Below are positions 58,223 through 64,000 of a stretch of DNA of 64,000 bases, in pieces. Position numbers and translations under genes: made by a program. Location of the stretch: positions 248,001-312,000 of IMG/VR virus record IMGVR_UViG_3300044712_001937; one strand, written 5' to 3'. Numbering within the stretch: position 1 is the stretch's first letter; each line of letters begins with the position of its first letter. Below the pieces are notes generated by a model, which saw only the letters and a program-made list of their open reading frames with translations, ran no database searches and was not told where the DNA came from.

Positions 58223-58683
58223 TTTCTATTAGCTTCATAATTCATGTAGATAATTTCTACACCACCTTCTTTTAATTTTTCCCATGCAATCACATGGTCT
58301 AATGTCCAATTATCCTTTTGAGTCCAATCTGGTTCTTTATCACAAAAAACACGTTTAATACCAGCATTAACAATTTCACCAGCACATCGTGAACATGGAA
58401 ACCAATTTACATACATATCAGTACCTAATGTTCTTTGTCCATTACGAGCAGCATTAACTATAGCATTTTCTTCTGCATGTAGTACCCATGAATATTTAGT
58501 TGGACGTTCATGACGTTCTTCTAAATCATCATCACAACCACGTGGAAATCCATTATACCCCATAGAAATTGGATTTTTATCAGAAACTATAACTGCGCCA
58601 ACTCTGCTACTTCTATCTTTACTCCACTGTGCAATATGGTCAGCTAAAACCATAAATCTTAAATCCCAATTTGTATTACCCAT
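58219..58683 (-). CDS. dCMP deaminase
   Basis: VGAVIV, GYNGFPRG, HAEENA, PCSRC. Confidence 0.92.
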   Translation of the reverse strand: MGNTNWDLRFMVLADHIAQWSKDRSSRVGAVIVSDKNPISMGYNGFPRGCDDDLEERHERPTKYSWVLHAEENAIVNAARNGQRTLGTDMYVNWFPCSRCAGEIVNAGIKRVFCDKEPDWTQKDNWTLDHVIAWEKLKEGGVEIIYMNYEANRK

Positions 58684-58694
58684 ATAAATTTATT

Positions 58695-58889
58695 TTAAGT
58701 TAATTTCCACCATCTGTTTTGTTTAAGCACTCTTGCACGAATTATTAATTTCTGCAATTCTTCAACATCAAAATCATCATTAGTGATATCACCATCAACA
58801 TCCGCTAATTCAGATTTGGCTAATTTGTCAACTATTTTTAATGCTTCTTTTAAAATTTTACCTTTTTCTAAAACTTCTACATCTTCCAT
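58695..58889 (-). CDS. Hypothetical protein
   Basis: 64-aa ORF. Confidence 0.6.
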   Translation of the reverse strand: MEDVEVLEKGKILKEALKIVDKLAKSELADVDGDITNDDFDVEELQKLIIRARVLKQNRWWKLT

Positions 58890-59071
58890 CTTAAAACAAT
58901 TTTAACTTTTTCAATATAATTATGTTTAATTAAAATTTCTTTTTTTTGAAATTCATCAAAAGTTATAGTACCATCATTATTTGAAGAAAAATTATTTTTA
59001 TTTTCAGCAATAGCATAATAATAATTATCTAATAATTCTCCAATTTTTTCGTTAATATTTTCGTCTCCCAT
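58877..59071 (-). CDS. Hypothetical protein
   Basis: 64-aa ORF. Confidence 0.5.
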   Translation of the reverse strand: MGDENINEKIGELLDNYYYAIAENKNNFSSNNDGTITFDEFQKKEILIKHNYIEKVKIVLRWKM

Positions 59072-59072
59072 A

Positions 59073-60239
59073 TTATCTCATATTTTCAAGTATTCTATAT
59101 ACATCATCAAACTTATCAATAACAACCTTTGCTTCATTATAAGTTAATGATATATGTCTTCTTTTTCCATTAGTAATAAAAACTCCTAAATTATCCATAT
59201 CTTTTAGAAATTCATCAACTAATTTATTAGAGTTAGGAATATTTGCTTTATCCGCAACCAATTCTTTTAACTCAAGTCCACTAATTACCTTATCACCGGG
59301 ATTTGCATTACCATCACGATATATAAATGCAAGTAATGCATTATATCTGTCTTTTCTTTGATATACTTTTTCAAATCTTTGATGATTGATTTCTAATAAT
59401 TTATGTTCATAATATTCTCTAAAATAAATCCCCCATATAATAAGAATTTCATCGCATATTGTTAAAATCATGAATAAAACAATTAACCCAACATCCTTAT
59501 CTTTATTTTCTTCTTTTTGAGTATTTGAAGTTAAATTAAGGTTAGTAATTACATTTTTCAATTCATTATCAATATTTTTAATTGACAAATCATTGTTTTT
59601 TATAACATCAATATTATTATCAATATTTTTCTGATAGCCACTTCGAATATTACTATAAGTAATTGGTGTTTCAATTAATTTACTTCGTAATTCATTATTA
59701 ATTTCACGAAGTTTATTATTATCATTGATATACGATGTTTTTTTATTTTCATAAAACTTAGTTAAACTATCAATTTTACTGTAATTAACATTTTCAATAT
59801 CAGCATTAATTTTACCACTTGTAGTAGCTAAATTCATAGAACCACTAATTGCAATATAAAAACTAATACCAATAATAATTAATGTAGTTGATAACTTACC
59901 AGTTATTGCTGGTGTAAATTTTTTATTATTATCAAAATAATCAAGTGAAAAAATTTTAATTACATATCTTTTAATTATTTCAAATATTGTTAATATTAAA
60001 ACTGTTGTAACTAAAGCAATTGAAAGACCCCAAAATCCTGTTAATAAATGAACTGAGATTGCTTTCAATAAAGCTGGGAATATAAAAAAATATGCAAAAA
60101 ATATTGAGCCGATATTACCTATAAATGATACCCTGAACAACCATTTACTCAATCCTTTGTTTCTACCTTCAAAGTCCTTTTTGTTTTTTTTAGCTTTTAA
60201 TTTGTCGTAATCTTTTAAATCCATGATTTGTTTTTTCAA
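59073..60239 (-). CDS. Multi-TM protein with coiled coil and soluble C-terminal domain
   Basis: Three N-terminal TMs, Asn-rich coiled coil, one further TM. Confidence 0.7.
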   Translation of the reverse strand: MKKQIMDLKDYDKLKAKKNKKDFEGRNKGLSKWLFRVSFIGNIGSIFFAYFFIFPALLKAISVHLLTGFWGLSIALVTTVLILTIFEIIKRYVIKIFSLDYFDNNKKFTPAITGKLSTTLIIIGISFYIAISGSMNLATTSGKINADIENVNYSKIDSLTKFYENKKTSYINDNNKLREINNELRSKLIETPITYSNIRSGYQKNIDNNIDVIKNNDLSIKNIDNELKNVITNLNLTSNTQKEENKDKDVGLIVLFMILTICDEILIIWGIYFREYYEHKLLEINHQRFEKVYQRKDRYNALLAFIYRDGNANPGDKVISGLELKELVADKANIPNSNKLVDEFLKDMDNLGVFITNGKRRHISLTYNEAKVVIDKFDDVYRILENMR

Positions 60240-60259
60240 TAAATAGTAAAAATTATAAA

Positions 60260-62989
60260 TTATTCGATAATAAGTGATGATATTCCGTTCTCATCCAATT
60301 CAACGTTTATAAGGTAATCAGGATTTACTTCGTGAACTTGTTCAACAATTAAAACCTTTTTCATTCCATTTTTTATTAGTTGTAAAATTTCAATAAATTC
60401 ATCAACACTACCCGCTAAATCTAATTTCCCCATTACTTCATCTAATAGAAAAATAGTAGGTTTTGCTTTGACATTAATTTGGTTTAATGCAAATTTTAAT
60501 ACTACACTTGAAAATGTTCTTTCTTTTCCACTGGCACTAATACAATCGATTATTGATTTAGGTCTACTATAATACATTAGTTTAGGTCTAAACGTATCTG
60601 GGTCAAGCCAAACTTTAAATTGTGCAACTGATAATATATTTTCCAATGTTGCGTTTATTTTAGGTAATATATAATTCCCTAACATCTGTCTTGGAATGCC
60701 ATCTCTATGAACACATTTTTTATATAAATTCATTACAGTATCCTGATACTCTTGTTCTTTAAAATCAATAATTAATCGTTCATTATATTTGATTGTTTGT
60801 TGTTTATTACCAACATTTGTTTTATTAATAAAAACATTTTCCTTTTCTTCAGATTCTTCTGATTCAAGAACTAATATTTTATCTTTAGCTGCCTTTATCC
60901 CTTTTTCAATATTTTTATTTTCTTCAATTTGTTTTAAACTATTATCATAATTGTCGATTTTTTTCTGAAGAATATCAATTTTAAGCTCTTCATTTTGAAT
61001 TTTTGTTGGAATCTGGTCTAATTCATTTTGTAGTTCCTTACGTTTTTCAACATCATTTTTATCATTAGTTAACTCACCTATTTCAATTAATACAGTTTCC
61101 ATTTCAAGAGCTGCTGTTTGAATGTTTTCATTAACTATTGCAATATCTTTTTGTTTAAGAACTATTGATGCTTTATGTGTTAAATCAATTTCGATTTCTT
61201 TATCTTTTATTATTTTAGCAATTTTAAACATTTCAGTTTCTTTTAACTTTATAACATCATCAATATTATGTTGATGTTCTTCAGTTAAGGGTTGTCCACA
61301 AGTAGGACAAATTTTACTTTCTTTTAATTCACCTATTTCTTTTTTAAACTTAGTACCATCTTGCTTTAATCTGAATATTTCGCCATTAATTATTTCAATT
61401 TTATGTTCAATATCACGAATTTCCTGTTCAATAGCTTTAATTTTAAGTTTTTCTTGATATTCATTATTTCTATGAATATCTTTCTTTTGAATTAATTCAT
61501 TTAATCTTTTATCATCATAAAAAGATTTTAATGGTTCAATACTTTCATTTAAAATCGATTTTCGTGCATTTAATTCAATAATTTTATTTCTATGAACACT
61601 TATATCATAATTTACATTATCAACCTTTAAATCGTAAATTTCAGGGTCAATTTTAAATAATTTCTTAGTTAAAGTTTCAACATAAGTTCTTCCAGTTAAA
61701 ATTCTATTTTGAATATCTGGCAATTTAACATTTTCAATTTGATTGATATTTTCTTCTAATATCTTTATATCTTGTTGTAAATTTTCAATTTCATTTGTTT
61801 TAGCTTCAACATTACAAGCAACTCTTATTTTTTCATTATTTCGTCTATTAATAATTTTCCAACCATCCATTTTTTTATCAAAAATATCTAAACCTGAATC
61901 AAATAATATTGAATCAATAAATGTTGACATATCATTCGATAATATTTTATTTAATGAATCTGAAGTAGTCATTACAATACGCATGAAATTATCATATGTA
62001 CCAATAATTGAAGTTAACTTCTTTTGAGTTTTAATTCTTTTATCCTCATCCAATTTTTCTAATGATGTATTATCATTCATTTCTTCATCCGGATTAGAAA
62101 GAATATAATAATTTAATGTTGTAGATGCACCATCAACATCACCATTTTTATCCTTAGAAATTTCAGTTTTCTTTTTAATACCATAATATTCACCATTTGA
62201 TTCAATAACAAGATATGTATCACAAGAAAGTGCACCATTTCTATTATTTACGAATCTTGAGTCACCATATTTTTGCCTAAAATCAGTTTCAGGAGCTTTA
62301 TTATAAAGCAAATATGATAAAAGTTTCATTATAGTAGTTTTTCCTGCGGTGTTAATTCCTGTGATTTGAAATAACCCATCCATATCACGCCAATCAATAT
62401 CTAATTGTTCATATGACATAAAATTATTACCACCAAATTTAATTACACTCCATTCACCGCCTATTTCATCACTTAAATCAATTTCATTAAGTACTTCTTC
62501 ATCTAATGCAATAACATCTTCAATTAATTTCTTGTCAGTACCAATTTTTTCTAAAAATTCTCTAAAAATTTCATGTTGGATAGATTTATCACTTACATTC
62601 TCCAGAGTTATATTTTTATTAACTTCAATTTTTTCACTTTCAATAAATTCATTCTTATGTAAGATAATAACATTTTTATATTTACTTTTTAAATATTGAC
62701 TTAATTTTCTTTCATTTTCATTATTTCTTGTTTGTGGAAGTGTACACCAAATAAATCTAACATGCATTTCTTTAGTAGCATCATCAATATCAAAATCTAA
62801 ATCATCAAAATCAATATACGGTGTTATTTTAACATTATGATATGAATGATAATTTTCAACAGATATTTCTTCACATGACATTGAATCTAAATTCCATAAT
62901 AAATATCCATGAAATTGACCATCACCCTCAGTAATATCTTGTGACACTAAACTACTTGAGTAACCACCAAAAATTTTTTTATTCTCCAT
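60260..62989 (-). CDS. Rad50/SbcC (gp46-like) ATPase fused to the C-terminal part of an Mre11/SbcD nuclease
   Basis: N-terminal GYSSSL..QD..EG...HGYLLW; GINTAGKTT; CPTCGQ hook; SASGKE signature; LLDEVMGKLD. Confidence 0.88.
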   Translation of the reverse strand: MENKKIFGGYSSSLVSQDITEGDGQFHGYLLWNLDSMSCEEISVENYHSYHNVKITPYIDFDDLDFDIDDATKEMHVRFIWCTLPQTRNNENERKLSQYLKSKYKNVIILHKNEFIESEKIEVNKNITLENVSDKSIQHEIFREFLEKIGTDKKLIEDVIALDEEVLNEIDLSDEIGGEWSVIKFGGNNFMSYEQLDIDWRDMDGLFQITGINTAGKTTIMKLLSYLLYNKAPETDFRQKYGDSRFVNNRNGALSCDTYLVIESNGEYYGIKKKTEISKDKNGDVDGASTTLNYYILSNPDEEMNDNTSLEKLDEDKRIKTQKKLTSIIGTYDNFMRIVMTTSDSLNKILSNDMSTFIDSILFDSGLDIFDKKMDGWKIINRRNNEKIRVACNVEAKTNEIENLQQDIKILEENINQIENVKLPDIQNRILTGRTYVETLTKKLFKIDPEIYDLKVDNVNYDISVHRNKIIELNARKSILNESIEPLKSFYDDKRLNELIQKKDIHRNNEYQEKLKIKAIEQEIRDIEHKIEIINGEIFRLKQDGTKFKKEIGELKESKICPTCGQPLTEEHQHNIDDVIKLKETEMFKIAKIIKDKEIEIDLTHKASIVLKQKDIAIVNENIQTAALEMETVLIEIGELTNDKNDVEKRKELQNELDQIPTKIQNEELKIDILQKKIDNYDNSLKQIEENKNIEKGIKAAKDKILVLESEESEEKENVFINKTNVGNKQQTIKYNERLIIDFKEQEYQDTVMNLYKKCVHRDGIPRQMLGNYILPKINATLENILSVAQFKVWLDPDTFRPKLMYYSRPKSIIDCISASGKERTFSSVVLKFALNQINVKAKPTIFLLDEVMGKLDLAGSVDEFIEILQLIKNGMKKVLIVEQVHEVNPDYLINVELDENGISSLIIE

Positions 62990-63896
62990 CTTTTAAATTT
63001 ATATCTTTAATTAATTTATCTTTAAAATCATTTAAATAAATTTCATTTTCCCAATATCTAAACAATTTAAAATTATTTTCATTAGCTAATTCATTTTTAT
63101 ATAAATCATTTAAAATGGCAATTTTTTGCATTTTATTTGGGTTAGGAAATATCTTTGGATTTCCATGCCAATAATCACCATCAATCTCAATTAAAATATT
63201 TTTTTGAGTAATAAAAAAATCATATGTTTTATATTTATGATTTTTTTTATCATAAAATATTTTAAATTGTTTCATAAAATTAATATTGTTTTCAATTAAA
63301 ATATTTTCAACAAATTTTTCAGGTTTTGTGTTTTTATTGAAACACATATCCTGTCCCATTTCCCATGAATATTTTCCATATTTTTTTAAACACGTTTTTT
63401 TCCTTTTTTCTTTAGAATCATCATCAGTTCCGAACCAATATCCAAGTTCTTTATATTTTTTAATCGTACCATTTTTTATTTTATTTCTATATTCCTCAGA
63501 TTCCCACAATTTTTTTGCTACTATAGAATGTTTTAATTTAGTTTCATTACTATGTTTCAATATTCTATTATCAGGATTATATATTCCCAATTTATTCCCT
63601 ATTTCATATATATTCCTACATTGTTTTGAACAAAATTGTTTATTTTTTCTCAATTTTAATCTTTTAAAATTAATACCACAATTTAAACAATTAATATTTT
63701 CCCATTTTTCATTTTTTATCCCAGAATTACCAATATGTTGACAATTTTCAGAACAATAAACTTTATTTGGTGTAGATTTTCCACATGTTAAACATTTTCT
63801 TTGTTTATTTTTAAAATCAACTGATTGACATTGTTTTGAACAAAATGTTTTATTTTTTGTTTCTTTACCACAAATTATACAATTATGTGCTTCCAT
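62979..63896 (-). mobile_element. Homing endonuclease gene (CxxC zinc ribbons plus DUF559/Vsr-like PD-(D/E)xK domain) inserted in the Mre11-Rad50 gene
   Basis: Three CxxC...FCSxxC repeats; TKPEKF, YDFFI, IEIDGDYWHG; class B promoter 63920-63927. Confidence 0.82.
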
Positions 63897-63947
63897 AAAA
63901 TTTTACTATATTAGTAAATATAAATACTCATTAATATAATAAAATTT

Positions 63948-63998
63948 TCAAGACCTATAGAATAATTGTTTTTTATGAATGTGTCCAAAAAAAGACAA
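63948..63998 (-). CDS. 3' end of the N-terminal Mre11/SbcD phosphoesterase fragment (partial, window edge)
   Basis: Hand translation LSFFGHIHKKQLFYRS*; GHIH is the last metal-binding motif of Mre11/SbcD. Confidence 0.7.
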   Translation of the reverse strand: MSFFGHIHKKQLFYRS

Positions 63999-64000
63999 AT

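Noticed and set aside
4268-63741. Opposite-strand or nested ORFs in the track (e.g. 4268+, 4921+, 6041+, 6569+, 18085+, 29379+, 30381+, 35035+, 36970+, 52753+, 54107+, 61743+, 63286+, 42141-, 45100-)
   Set aside because: They are shadows of well-supported genes or of the structured RNA, with Phe/Ile/Ser-biased antisense composition and no motifs
62979-63950. Group I intron or intein explaining the Mre11 split
   Set aside because: Only about 50 AT-rich nt lie upstream and none downstream of the HEG ORF, leaving no room for a ribozyme core; a stop codon precedes the HEG, so it is not an intein
1-64000. Stop-codon reassignment (TAG or TGA) as in some large gut phages
   Set aside because: Long genes are intact under code 11; TAG ends genes cleanly (e.g. 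7322, 45541, 51930) and TGA does too (e.g. 32553, 63948)
1-64000. CRISPR array, reverse transcriptase or DGR
   Set aside because: No repeat-spacer periodicity seen; the only repeats are short (30001-30048, 10430-10522); no YADD/YxDD RT-like ORF recognised

Overview
Very AT-rich (about 25% GC by eye), densely coding 64-kb segment of a large lytic dsDNA phage using the standard genetic code. The host is most likely in Bacteroidota: TAnnTTTG elements occur upstream of genes and there is no Shine-Dalgarno signal. Genes run mostly on the minus strand, with a plus-strand block at 41.5-48.3 kb. Recognisable genes include a T4-like ATP-dependent DNA ligase, a Dda/RecD-like helicase, an Mre11-Rad50 (SbcDC) fusion split by a free-standing homing endonuclease, dCMP deaminase, nucleoside 2-deoxyribosyltransferase, NADAR, Nudix, SLOG, PTH2-like and HD-domain enzymes, glycosyltransferases, two SPFH proteins, cell-wall enzymes (amidase, M23, 3D domain) and probable internal head proteins. 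The best candidates for undescribed biology are: (i) a ~500-nt ornate structured RNA with an embedded atypical tRNA-like domain (30.05-30.56 kb); (ii) a 316-aa coiled-coil gene followed by a ~450-nt structured, hexamer-periodic non-coding tail (10.35-11.75 kb); (iii) a J-domain/pseudokinase + acidic peptide + vWA + divergent PurA-fold module (37.3-40.7 kb); (iv) the split Mre11-Rad50 gene; and (v) two phage-specific promoter classes (AAC-N16/17-CGTA and GTATTTAT). All calls come from reading motifs by eye; no searches were run.
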